The position numbers and the translations under genes were made by a program. Of a stretch of 64,000 nt of DNA, positions 38,039-51,179 are shown in pieces (the first letter of the stretch is position 1; every line of letters begins with the position of its first letter). The stretch is from Marsupella aquatica (Eukaryota; Plantae; Marchantiophyta). The stretch lies in the NCBI GenBank assembly GCA_973895155.1, contig OZ316898.1:10997187-11061186 (forward strand), read 5' to 3'. The notes under the pieces are model-generated. The model was not told where the DNA came from. It ran no database searches and saw only the letters and a list, made by a program, of their open reading frames with translations.

Positions 38039-39663
38039 CTAAAAGATGGGCAGAGCCATGGTTATATCCCACGCGACCTTTACTTTAGAAGTGACCCACT
38101 CGGCCTTTGGTAGGTGGGTGACGATGAGTGCAAACAGTCTTGCGACTCCCAATGTAGCAATCTGCATACCCGATTTGTGAGAATGTAGCTTTCATAAGCT
38201 TGAAACCATCCCAATATAACTCTCCCCCTCAACAACCAATGCACGCCCCTTCCTCAGTACAACCCACAATCTGAGTTTCTGAAACAACTTCTACAGTAGA
38301 GAAGAGAATCGTACAATTACCCCACCTTCCTCTAAAACTCCTAAGTTAACAATAGCAAACAACCAACGCTACACAAAGCTGCAAGAGGAGCTTTCAACAC
38401 ATCGAGCTCAAAAAACCACAGGCCAGGCCAAATAGAGACAGAAGGAGCAGTATGAGAATTCTATTGTCATCTCACCACTTTCCATTGTCGCTCGTAGAAT
38501 TTATGAAGCTCCGACAAGAACTTCACCTTCAAGCTGCTGTACAATTCGAGATTTGTAGGTTCCACTTCCAGCATTCCCACGATGGGTTGCCGCACCGCAT
38601 GCGCCAATGACGCCACAGTGAGCGGGTCCATAGCATTCATCGCATCCGTGAGCCTCATGAAATTCGGAGGACTGGTTGAAAAAACGGCCACCAAAGCCTC
38701 CAGAATTCTCACCACACCAAAGAAAGAGAACGCCCAGACCAAATACAAAGCATCCGTCGAAATTCTCACCAGCTGAGCTCTCTGCAGCGTCAGCTCAGTG
38801 GCCGTCCACTGCGCGATGGTCGTCACCCCCTGCTTCGGATCGTACATAGCGGCGTTGAACTTCAAATCCTCCAGTCCGGGTTTCTTCTTACCCCAATCTT
38901 GAATGAATTTCCGCACGGAGAAGTTACGGATCTTGGTTTGGAGCGACTCCGCTTGTATCCCCACCTCAGCCAGCACTCTGTCCACCTCCGTATCTGTCCT
39001 GTGTGTGGTTCCTCCTCTCGTCACTGTCACCCTGCTCAGAGTGCCTTTCTCAGTGAGCTTGTACTCCTCCTCGGTGAGCACCAAAGGCTCGGACCCTCTT
39101 CCACTTTCCTCCTCACCCGCTTGGACGACTGTGGTCGTTTTCTGAAGGCCACCCTCCTCACCATCTTCTCCATCTGAATTCTTTGCAGCTCTTATAGCTG
39201 AAAGTTTTTCTGAAACTGACGACAGAATTCTGGAGTTCTGCAACAGTGATGTCTTTTCTTCGTCTTCCGCTTCCGATGAACCATCTGAAGACGCTGCTGC
39301 CGCCGTCCCGGTAGCAGAAACACTGGAAGTTGAACCTGAAGCTCCACAGCTTGATGAAAATGGAGAGCTGCTGCTGCTGCCGAGGTTCGCTCTCACGTCT
39401 GCTGTTTCTCTTCCTCGTCCTCCTCGTACTCGTTCAGTTGAATAGGGGTTTGAGTTGTATGGTCGAGGGAGTTGAAGGCTGAGCCCTGTGGTTCTTGGGA
39501 TGCATCGCATAACGAGATGGGTTGGTTGATGGCCTGTTGATGCTCTGGATGAGTAGCCCTCTGATATGATGGAAAGTGGAGTGCATTTTGTTGTGACATT
39601 TAAGGCGTACTTGGGATCAAACTGAAGGCTGATGAGGCCACTAGGAGAAGACACCGCCTTCAT
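38039..39663 (-). CDS. Uncharacterised, probably plastid-targeted membrane protein, ~436 aa; exons 39663-38476, 38161-38039
   Basis: 1.2-kb ORF with a Ser/Thr/Arg-rich N-terminus, an acidic linker and hydrophobic C-terminal segments. A GTGAGA donor after QWKV and a TGCAG acceptor add IATLGVARLFALIV...ALPIF*. The start could also be 39708. Confidence 0.75.
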
Positions 39664-40491
39664 TCGAGGAGACGTGATCTGCGAAACTGGAATCCTTAGT
39701 GTGTGCATGCGCAAGCAGAGTTCCTGAAATGATCTGCCTCTGACTCTGTTCTAACTTCGATCAAATTGAAACTCCTGAGATTATCACTCTCCACTCCACC
39801 TGCTACTCCTCTCTGTGCCGGAACGCTTCATGAAAGGCAGCTCTGCATCGCTCTAATCGGTAGTCCCGGCCTTACTTCATATCTCACATTAGTGGCACCA
39901 ATGCGATTCTCTCTCTCTCTTTCTCTCACTCTCACTCTCGCAATTTTTGGACGCTCTGTTCCTGGCTGTCCGAAACTTCTAGACGGTAGATGTAGTAGCG
40001 AATTCAACACTTTCTTTGAAACAAATTGAGCAGGTCTATTTCGATGTCGGCCATCTGGCTCGAGCAGATGAGCCGGAGGATACGCATGCAGGGGACCGTT
40101 ATCATTTCGGAGTCCCGCCAATGAGTGGGAGATTGGCACCTTATTGGAAATCAGTTCAATGGCTGGAAGCCACAGTGTAGGATTTCCTGGAGCTTGAAGC
40201 AAAGGGGGGTACAGTGAGGGAGAGCCGTCCTTAGGGCGTCTCAAAACTAATTGACTATACCAGGATGATTTCAACTCGAGAGTTATGTCAATTCTGGTAA
40301 AAGTTGTGAGAGCCTGCCTATCTTGGGATTCACTATGGTAAGCCTGTAGGCTCAACACGTAATTCCTGTCATGAGAAGAGGTTACAGGTGTGTAACAACC
40401 ATTTCTGCATGGGCCTTTTATAGAGTCATAATTTGCTGTCCTGAAAAGTCTAACCGGTAATCTCTTTCCGGGCACGAGTTACGTACCCTGG

Positions 40492-40628
40492 TGCAGGTCT
40501 GGGCTGGGGTTATAGATTGTAACCTGCTCCCGGAATATTCAAAGAAGCTTTCTGGCTGCCGCCGGTCAGCTTCTTTTCATATTCCGGATGCAAGGTTACA
40601 GTCTAGTAACCCTGTGCCCAGACCTGCA
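40492..40628. other. 137-bp imperfect inverted repeat (hairpin): MITE remnant or pre-miRNA-like
   Basis: TGCAGGTCTGGGC...GCCCAGACCTGCA ends; ~65-bp arms pair along most of their length around a ~4-nt loop. Confidence 0.8.
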
Positions 40629-40718
40629 TTACCCTATACTTATAGAGCATCTCCAGGGAGCCCCCAAACAGCCCCATAAATGCCAAACCAGTGAGTAGAG
40701 GTCGGGTTTTATTATTCA

Positions 40719-40819
40719 AGAACCTTCACCAATTTCTTGTGACTTTAGGTTCAAATTCAGAAATCCTTGGTCGAGAACCTTAACCAATTTCTTGTCACTT
40801 TAGGTTCAAATCCAGAAAT
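40719..40819. repeat. Tandem duplication, 55-bp period
   Basis: agaacctt.accaatttcttgt.actttaggttcaaat.cagaaat twice. Confidence 0.85.
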
Positions 40820-41747
40820 ATGGAAGCCGGAAAGCTCTTGATAGCAAGCCCGCTTTAGGCTTGACGTGACAATGAATGCTGTTTTGGGGGTGGCGGCTGA
40901 CCAAGAAGGAAGGAAATTGATGGGATTGAACATAATTCAATAATTTTGGCCTATGGCCCAGTTTTGAGACGCCCTATTGAACCATGGGCAGGTAAAGGGC
41001 TGCAAGGCAAACAATCAACGTGGCAAAATTAACCAGGAACATGAGTCAGCGAACAAAGGAGCTCTGCACCACTGTATACAAGGTCGCTCCAGGTTGATTG
41101 CCATTGAGTTTAAAAAAATGCACGTCATCCACAACTACAGTACGTCCACTCCAGCAGTAATCTTATGACATTTAGCTGCGACGTCAGATGGTGGTGGTCA
41201 TTTGCTCTCCAAGAGTACCACATGCTGTCCACGTGTGCCCAGCCTGCCTCCCGAACGGATGCTCATTCCCCTCAGGGTTGGCCATTACTCACATTCATAG
41301 ATATACACGAATACTGCCAAAGAACTGAAATTCACGTAAAACATTCTCTTTGTATATTTCTGAAGTTTTTTAGAAGTGAATGCCAACCTTGTGCTGAGAG
41401 ATTTGTCCTCTAAAGTAAAATCTAAAGTTGCATGAAATTTGGGGTTTTTGCATGTGTGAAGAAAGGATAAAAGAATAAAAAATAGTAGGAGTAGTATATA
41501 TTTAGGGGATAAAAGTAAATTAAGTCATTGTTACCAGGGTAAATAGGCAATAATGGCCCCTCAAAATCTGAGCTAAAGCACACTTTTGGGGTATAATAGC
41601 CCACCACAACATATCTGGCCATATTGTACTAAAAAAGAGCTTACCAGGGAGACAGGGTCTTAAAGCCATGAGACCTAACAAAGGAGATGAAACAAGGCAA
41701 AAAAAACCTAGGAAAACCAAAGCCCAAAATACTTGAGAGTCCCAGAA

Positions 41748-42001
41748 TGTTAGGCATTTATCATTAGGTCTAGAGTTACAATTGCAACTATAATGAGGCT
41801 AACCTTAGTTGCAGACTTGGTGAGGTTAGTCATGCTGTACTATATATACACAAACAGGTATTTGCTTGTTCGGAACTCAAACTCATTGTTACTAGAGGAG
41901 TTGAGAGATAGGGAGAGGTGAACCATGTATTTCTTTGTGTCAACTACTTGTTCATGGGATGTTCATGGACATGTCATTTTGAATGTTGTCTTTCCTCAAC
42001 A
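41748..42001 (+). mobile_element. Solo LTR (Copia-like), internally deleted, same family as 55057-55401
   Basis: TGTTAGG...CTCAACA ends; TSD cagaa/caaaa; shares taggtctagagttac..aggctaaccttagttgcagacttggt.aggttagtcatg with the other copy. Confidence 0.85.
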
Positions 42002-42499
42002 CAAAAGATGACAAGTAACTAAAGCCTTACTTAATGGTGAACTGAAACCCTGGTAAATGCATGAGTAAACCACAAAAGAGGGTCTTGAAGAGGAATTTCT
42101 CTAGAGGGCCCTAAAACCAATAGCTTGGCCCTCCAAAGAATAGTGAATGTTTAAGACAGACATCAACTATCTAAAGAAGGCACTGAGTATTGAACTTGGA
42201 CATAAGGTAGTCTCTCTAAACAAAAGATTCAACATGATCACAAAAAACAGTAAAAAACAGGCTCCAGAATTCTAAACAAGCAAATTAAAAGATACACCAA
42301 GATAGCAAGTTGCATATGCCTCTTCATTGAGCAGGATGCTGCAGCATGACCAGGATATATGGGTTGCAACCACAACATGGCTCCCAGGAGTAGCTACCAC
42401 ATCCCCTAGGGAATGAACACCTGCCCCCCAAAAGCCAAGGTCGGCCTGTGGATGTGGAACAGCTTATGAACTACTGATTACTCTGATTAGTCTATCAAA

Positions 42500-45480
42500 A
42501 ACCTGAAATCTTCTTCAGGGATAAATGATTGTTGCCACACTTTCTTCCATTCATATCAAAGGCTTCCACGAGCTCCAGGAAACTGCGCGGAGAATTTTGT
42601 TGTGGCAACATTTTGGTACAAGACTTTCTTAAATGTTGCAAGACTATTTTCGAGGCTCACAGCTTTGTCATTTCGTGGTAAATGACTTTGGACAGAAAAC
42701 TGGGCAGACTTGGCCGTTCTACTTCAGTGAATACCAGTGTCTCAAATATTGGAGATGTGGGGACTCAGCTTATAGTTCTGCGTTTTCTTTAGTGAAGACC
42801 GTAAATTTGCTCAATTGACATCAGTTCCACCTAAATGCTCATTTGCCATCGTAACCGTTGTACAGAATTTTGTTCAGGGTCGATTGTTACTAGGCCGTTA
42901 ACATTGCTGATTCTCCAAGGACCTTCACACGACGGGTCACAATTTGAATCAGAACAGAAAACGGAATTGTAGACCAACTTCTTCATCAGGAATTTATCAG
43001 GACTGAGAAACAAAAGCAATTCTTCATTTCTTCATCAGGTCGTGAAATTTCCATAAAGTTCCAACACAGTAAATAACATATTCGCCATGATAAGCTCAAA
43101 GGAGATTCATTGCAGACATTTAGAAGTAGTACCAGTGATAGTTCTCATTCTTCGAAGAATCACCTGATTTAACCAGTTAAGTACCTCGTCTAACATCGTC
43201 TCTCGGTCCCTGTAGAAAGCATTCTTGTCTAAGAAAGGACCTTGGAGGACCATATCAAAGGACGTCCTGAGCTACTCTTTTTGAAGTGAAAAGATAGAAG
43301 TTTAGAAGTTCTTGTGATTCAGCATCTACTTCCGCCTGGTGAGGACGGCGTGAGAAGAACCTCAGTACTCCCCAGAAACAGGAGGTGACTTCCAGGAAGC
43401 ATGTCCTCCGTATTAACCCTGTCAAATATGGACAATGCAATAGTCATGCAGAATCCCGCTATCAAGTGACAGAAAGGGACATAGGGGAATGGTCGAGTTG
43501 ACTTCATCCAAGCTCCAGGATCACACTCAATCGCCTTTGCATGACCACTTTTCTCATTGCGTTTATGAGCTTGCCACTACCCTTATAGGTCCATGCTGGC
43601 AAGAATGTCACAAGAATTCCGACCGACCTTTGATGGTTCAGTTCAAAAAAATTCATACCACGACTTTCTATTCGAATCTCTTCCTGGCCAAAGATCATCT
43701 TGGAGAGCCTGTACCTAAACCATCTTTAGTAAAACAGACATGAGCTGCGTTGGGTAATTAAATAGGGCTTGGCAATGAACATAATCTGTGGTCTTCATTA
43801 GCTTCTGCCTAGTTTGTAAGCTCACGATGATGACTTGCACCTGAATGTAATCCTCCCCATACCCACGCCATTTCCTCATCTCAGCTGGAGCCAATTGCAG
43901 GTTTTGCTGCGGTTGTGTGAAACTCACCGACAATTGTGACCAGCTCTACAAAATAATGAGGACCACGCCTGCACTCACATTCAACAAAATTGCAACCTTG
44001 CAACCTTGCAGATTTTAGATGAGATGAGCCACATGGTTAACTGTCTATGTATTTCACAGACATTCAGAGCTCCCTCGTGGCAGTGGTTGGGTCCTCCCAT
44101 AATCGCATCATCATCCCGAACACTCTGTGCTACTACACAATCTAGCAGCCTTCGTTTTTGCATGCAGAACCCTCTGGTTGATTGTACATGTAACTGCAAG
44201 ACAGAGCATAGCCTACCAGTGAACAACAAAGGAAGCAGAAATCTGATGGGTCCTCAAGGAGTGCCAACTCGCTAGATTTGCGTAACCAGCTGTAAACCTT
44301 CGGGCAGTTGGTCAAAACATAAATCAAGTTGGGTTCGAGTCTGATTTTTGTGGGTTAGAGACCGTTCTCCCTCTTATAAGTATATACAAAGCCAGGAAGT
44401 GCATCAGGCAGCCAACTGACACTCCTAAACGAACAACGCAAACGAAAGTTGCTGGATTGGGGTCATAAGACTGGGAGCACAGACAAGCCCAGCAGCCCTA
44501 ATGCAAGAAACCAGGAAGAGGACTTGGCGAAAATGTAACGCTGTTCTCAAAGGGGTGATTTATATTGTCCCTTGGCAATTTCAAAACATGATACTCAGAG
44601 CACGATTAAGGAGATGTTCAAAGAGTGAATGAATTAGATCTTTCGTGTCCCCACTTCTCAGGTTGCGCACACCCATAGGATTATGGGAACGAAACTCCTC
44701 GAAACAAATCCAGAGAAGCAAGAAAATCAACTGTTCAACAACAATTAAGTGGCCATGATTTATAACTTTCGACCAAGAACAGATACCAAAACAGCCAATC
44801 AAATCTCTGTCCAAATTAGTGGGTTCGTATCCATTAGCAACTTCAGCTCGAACACAGCACAGCACGGTGTCCTAATAATCTAAGACCAATCCATTAGGTT
44901 AAGAAACTATTCTTAAGTAAGGGAATACAAACATGCAATCTGAGTTACGCATACCTGACGCAGAGTATTCGTTTAATGACCATGAGGAGCAGGCCGTCTG
45001 CCTTCATGGAACTTCTTGTCTTCATGGCTTCTCAGTTCCGTGATGCATTTTGCACCTAACTATTGAACACGGTAATCTTGTGCTGTGCTCCGTCCTTGAT
45101 TTGAGCGATTGGTACTGCCAACTTCGGCTACTGAACCAGGTGCTCCAGGAATCATTCCATGATATTTCTTTCAACTCCAGTCTTAGCTTTCTCATCAAAA
45201 GATTCTAATCCTTACTGGATGATTTGTCTTACTGTAGAAGTAATTCTGCCATTTCCTTCAAACCTGTTCGCTGCTTCGAAATGGTTCTTCAGAAAATATC
45301 TAGACCCAACCACATGCAAAACACTTCTGCTACCTCGGACAAAGTCACAGGTAATTCTAAAAGCATGCCAGACCACCCAGATCCGGGACTATCCGAGTGA
45401 TATGTATGCTGTTGTCCTACCTTCACGCAATAATTCAGCAAAAATGTTACCCGAAGACGGGATAATGCTCCTCTTCCTCT
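42500..45480 (-). pseudogene. Decayed coding region, possibly Roc-COR (TORNADO1-like)
   Basis: Stop-interrupted minus-strand segments NGRITSTVRQII..GVE, FFEL..TFLPAW..VVMQRRL and FDMVLQG..DEVLNWLNQVILRRMR..KCLQ.ISFELI fall in an order reminiscent of COR domains. This is a weak, recalled similarity. Confidence 0.3.
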
Positions 45481-46159
45481 AGACCTAAAAAGAGCAAATC
45501 CCTTCAGGGCATGTGATCAAGGCAGCCCAGCGGTTATTTCCTTCATTCAAGCAAAGCTACACACGGCCATCAGCGATCTGTAACAAGGTTAAGCCTCACA
45601 GGTTTCGTGTAAAGACCACTGTTCTTTGCAAGAAACAGCTGTCAATTCTTATGGTGACATCGATTTGGGAAATTAACAAGCACATGAAGATTTGCAAGAA
45701 GTGTACACAGGAAGCTGCAGACAACAGGTGTAGGAATGAGAAGTAGATAAAGTAAACATTTGTGTCTGCAAAGAATATGTACAGAAAGGAGAGCAACCTT
45801 GTAGGAGAGCTGATCGCAAGGTTTGATGTGAATTTCTCAGAAAGCTCTCAGAAAGATCCAAAATCAAGATGACTAACTCCAACTGAACGAACTGAGCATT
45901 CTCCCTTTGCACGGAACCCAACTCCACTCCTGATCACCGTTCACGGTTCAAAACGACAAACAACTGCAAACCCATATGAAGCCTTTGCAATTGCGCTTCA
46001 TTCGGGATTCAATTGAACCACAGCAGTCTACTTTTCTGCGTTCAGCAGAATGTCTCAGGAATAAAACCCCCGTATTTACGTCTAAATATACCTCATTGTA
46101 TATACACATCCTGGGTGACAATAGCACAGTTCCTCTTCATGAGAACAAGCTGAAGATGG

Positions 46160-49100
46160 CTAGCGGGTGGGCTTCTTTTTCGCGGCATCTACATTTTTCG
46201 TGGCACCCATTGTTTTCGCTGCATCTAAGTTATCTACAAGCTCAGGAATCTCTCTCAGAATTCTATTCCTGGTCTCTTCAGACATTTTGCTGGTTATGTG
46301 GACAGGTTGAGTTGGACATGGACGTGAAAGCTGTGTTGTGCCTTCGTCCGTATCTTCAGCTGGCAGTGGAGGTCCAGGAAGCGGGGGTAAGGGTGCAGTA
46401 GTTTCCCATATAGCAAACTCAGGCCCGGTCAAAGTCAGTTTCCATGAATCCTTTCCAGGAACCAGGCTGCCCATATCGTATCTGCACAAGGCAAAACCGA
46501 ACAAGGTCAAAAACTTCAATGATTTGCAAACCATGTATGTGATCAGGAGACTACCTGAACGTTGCATCAAGTTGTTTACAAAAATGCCCACTTGCAAAAG
46601 ATAATACGGAAAGAAGGCAAGAGACAAAACACCTCGTCCCTAGTTTTATGATCACTCGATTGTCAATTTTGGCTACGTATATATCACCCTCCGCTTTCTG
46701 AATATTCACTCTACTGACTGCATTAATCCGATGCCTTTTCCGCAAGTCCAGCAACTTCTGGATCTCACGCATAAGCTTGAAGGAATAGATGTGGTCGTAA
46801 AACTGTTTTGTCAAGGCCACAAATGGACATCAGTTACTAATTTGCTGGAATAATTATGGAATGGATTTCATAAAGTACGACATGGCTGGTAGATAAGCAC
46901 TGTGACAGACAAGTGTATCCTGCACAGACAGAAAATTACTGACTGAAGCACCGCAGGGTTTTGAAGTTAGCTTGTAGCATACAATACATGGTATGCCTGG
47001 GTGCGTCAGCATGTAGGCATAACCCTGCAAGACTTTCGAGTTCGGAAATGCCCAATGGCGCTGAGTTGACCCAGTATCATGATTATCAAGAAATGTCACA
47101 GCCTTTTCAGGCCACCAACCTGCCAACAATTGACTTGTATGAATGAGAATGACATGAAATCAAGTCTTACATGAGACCAATTCCGTTACTACCTGGAAGG
47201 ACAACACAAGTGCTAATATCAAGGCTCCATGCATATCTCCGGAACAAGTAAATCTCTGCTCAATCCTGAACCGTAAAGCCCTTAACATGAGTCAACTATG
47301 ATAGAGAAATGTGACTTTGCAAGCGAAGATGTTATACGGTGGATTTGGTTTTTGCAGCCAAAGGAGACAAGAAGATCCAGAAATCTTCTGATCTAGCTGT
47401 CAATCTAGAATATGATCCAAGGACTCTAAAATTCCCCCCAGCAGAGAAATCTGAATAGAGGTTTGATTCCAAGACAAATCTAACCACGGTAAAGGGAAGG
47501 GACATGCCAATGGCTAGAAATGTGTAGAGTGGGCACACAGCATCAGGGAGAATCCTTAAGAAAAACGAAAAAAATCTGGAAAAAAAACTTGAGTTTCTTC
47601 ATATGCGACGATGATTTACATATCCTAGACACCATAGTGTTTTAAATATGTGGCAAAAAAAGTAATATCTTCACGTGCATGTGGTCAACATAACATGAGA
47701 AGCTCACCAATCAAGCCAGGGGGTTTTCCCTGAGCATCTTTCAGGCGCCAAAGCTCATTTTCAACAGCTCGTTGTAGTATCCCTTTGGTAGTGAAGTCAA
47801 ATGCACAGGAGGCACCATCGGTCCCGTCAATCCAATCGCATAAATGCTGCCGATGCCCATCTGAACAGGAAATCAATCAGGTTCCATCAAAGACTCAACT
47901 TAAAAGTTTTTTTTTTAATTTAGCGGTCAGTAAATAGAACAAAAATGAACCGACCCTGAACACTGATAAGCCATCAGAGTCATGCTACATCTAGCACGAC
48001 TTAACTGTCGAGTTGATAATAGATAAGTCCATTTGTAGATGAGTCCTGACTGACTGAAACGAATGAAAAGACTTACTCTGATCCCACGACAGTTGACCGT
48101 CGTAGTAAGCCATAGACGTCCAGAGTTCCCCTACAGCAATCGTCGGGTTGGTTCTGCGGCAATACCTGCATCTCAATTTGTTCATGCAATTAACATCAGA
48201 TATATGTCCGTGTCAAAGTCCATAAACAAAAACTCACATATATTGAGTTTTGCAGTGCTTACTCTCACCATTCTTGAGCGGAAAGTTTCTAGTGATCTCT
48301 AATAGCAGTGTAGAAGTGAGGTGTGGGTCTGAATGGAATGTCCTTGGATGAGCGACGTACAACTCAGTGTATTCCGGTGCATAGCCTTTCACAAAATCAA
48401 ATCGCCATCCGTCAAATCCAATCTCTGCTTTCAACCAGTTCAACCAGTCAGTCAACTCGTCCTGTACTTGTTTATTTGTATGGTCTAGATCTGGTGCTGC
48501 TGCATAGCTCTCCCCAGTGTCATGCTGTCCTTTGCCACCACTATCATACGAATCATCATCGACCACTGCCCAGGGACCCCAATCAAGACGTTTGTCACGA
48601 TTTCCTCCCTTAAAAACATTCCAGTGGCCCTTATTGTCTTGGAGGTTCCCGCTACGGTGATTGATGACTATATCTGCAATAACAGACATTCCGAGCGTGT
48701 GCAGTTCATCGATGAGCTCCTTCAACTGGATACCAGTCCCATACTTTGATGCATCCAGGTTATACAATTCACCAGGTAGATATCCTGATTACAAGAGAGT
48801 AAAGGGTTAGCATTGCCAAAGAGTTTAGAAAACACGATAAGATCTCAACCAAAACTCAACACTTACAGCCTTCAGGAGTGAAACCTGTTCTGAAGCAAAT
48901 GAAATCATGATTTAAGCATTCCCTATTTCCATGGATGAGACGCGTGGATGAGAGAAGTGACAACACGATTGTTTATGTAAGAAACCGTGGCAAAAAGCAA
49001 ACGACTGAACAGATGTTGGTCATACGCTGAAAAGAATATCCAGTAGGTCGAGCATTCAATTCAAAATGACATACTAGGCAACGACCCAAAAGCTGAAATT

Positions 49101-50788
49101 AGGAGGAATCAGGAACGAGTTCTCCTACTCTGGAAACTTTCAGGAGATTCTGGATAGTGAGAGCATAGTTTGCAAAGAATTTGGAAAGTCACATGATCGT
49201 TTTTAGGCGAAAAGTCAGAAGTTGTAACTCTTAAGTGGCAGCCAAGATAAGGACCAGGGGATCCCATAGCATTGCATAGATGCGAAGCACCAAACCGTTG
49301 AATTAAATGCCTATAGGACTAGCTGACCAAGTTGTTGTCAAGTTCGCTGAAACAAAGGAGTGACAATACTCACCCTGCCTGTCCACGGACTGTGAAGCAG
49401 GAGGGAGCCACACATCTGTGATACCCAGGGTGCACAATTCTTCGGCTTGGGATTTCAAGACTTGCCACCATGTTTTACCGTCTAATCCTTTGTGAGATTC
49501 CCAGTTGAATCCCTGCAAAAACATTATTCATGACGACTTTAAAACGATCCTTTCCTTCAGTCCCCTGGAAAATATTTTCAGCCATTGAGTGGATTGTATC
49601 TATTTCCTGGAGACTCGATATCTCCCTCGTAATGCCATACGCTCGGTCAGGTGCAAGCCAGTGCACGTGGGCACCCGGGAAAAAGAGAGATTAGGGGTGT
49701 GTATTTAAGAAGAGTGGGGGTAACTGGCCATGAATAATTTCAGAAAGCTAGTAAACACCTTGCATATAATCAACCCGACAAGTTATACTCACATTAATTG
49801 ACAGAGGTGGGAATTTAGATTCATCTCCAGAACCGCCCACAGAAACAATCTCTATCCGCAATTGACCAGAAACAAATCAGAGAACGAGGCAACTGGGAAG
49901 AGGAATGAGATATGTTATCATCATAAAAGGAAGAGAATTCCCGCTGGTGGCTGAACAACAGAGACGGAGATGCCATACCTGCAGCATAATATTGTCATAT
50001 GGGCCACAAGGCCTTGGTCTTCCCGCTCGCGTCCTTCGACCATGAATTTCCTTCCGAGGTCTCTCTGGATGATTTTTTCCGTCATGACCCATCTCGGCGT
50101 GAACTACAATGCACCGCCTACCACGCTTTCTCAGCTTGCTCCCAGGAATCCATTCAAGGCCTAACGAGACACCTAAAAAGTGACTCTGTTCTCCTACAGC
50201 TGCTGTTGACTCTACGATTCTCCCGGAGAATGCAGAAAGCTCATGCTCTTTCCAGCCTTTGGAAGAATTGGAAGCCAGCGGTGAAGAAGGCTCAACTGGC
50301 TGAAGACCCAACACATTTAATCCATCTGAGGATCCCTCGCCCCCTCCAATTTGTCGGAACCATTGTTTTTTCTGCTGACGATTCAACCCTTCCCATCTGC
50401 CCACAAAGGGCCATCTTCCGGATGAAGAAGCAGCACTGACTACTCCTCTTGGGATCCTCCGAGCCGAGTCGATCCTGCCCACAGCAGAAGAGGAGCTTAG
50501 GAATGCAGTGGGAAGTGTACTACTCCCCAACAACCTGCATTCTGCTGTGGGGACAGCTTTGCCATTTCCTCGAGGCTCCCATGACTTTCCTCTGAGGCGA
50601 CGTAGTTGCTGCTGCCTGTGGATATCTCTCAAAGGTGGCGACAACACTGCTTCTGATTTTTTTCCAGAGCTATGATGACGATGACGATGATGCCTGTGTT
50701 GTGGTAAATTGCAAACTCTGTGAAACTCGGACAGGGAGATGCCAGGAGGCAGAGTGGTGAGTGACGACAGCGCGTTGGGCAGACTCAT
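46160..50788 (-). CDS. AMY: Alpha-amylase (GH13), 747 aa; exons 50788-49979, 49512-49374, 48784-48361, 48165-48077, 47860-47708, 47119-46983, 46802-46633, 46481-46160
   Basis: IMLQ|[25 protein letters not shown]; catalytic RFDFVKG, VGELW and [11 protein letters not shown]; [23 protein letters not shown] and FAIWE. The spliced frame is open. Confidence 0.95.
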
Positions 50789-51179
50789 GTCGGCAGCCTG
50801 CCACTCCCAGGATCATGAGGCGGAAACCATAAAACACTGATGGGAATTGATTTATCCGCCACCCTTGTTTGCTGAGCAGATATCACCCAGCGACAACAAG
50901 AGCGCCAACAGGGTAGAGATGGAGCACCACGCTGCACAGGGATGAAACTGAGGAGAAGATGAAGACCACGAATAAGTGAATTCGGAATTAAATAAGTTCC
51001 TGGGAAGCAGATCCATCGAATTCTTTAGCGAAGGAGTAGCACAATCAGCTACAGTAGCTCGCCTGAGGAACCTTGACGTTTTCTAAAGGTATTAAGTAAA
51101 GTAGCTCCTATGCTAATCCGAATCATGAAAAGGGATGACCCTGTCGTCAAGGAGACCCGGATGACTACGGTCTCTGAGA

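Noticed and set aside
40645-40656. GAGCATCTCCA Harbinger/Tourist-like terminus
   Set aside because: I could not find the partner TGGAGATGCTC end.
44303-44345. tRNA gene (GGTTCGAGTC; also GGTTCAAATCC near 40803)
   Set aside because: No cloverleaf stems can be formed.
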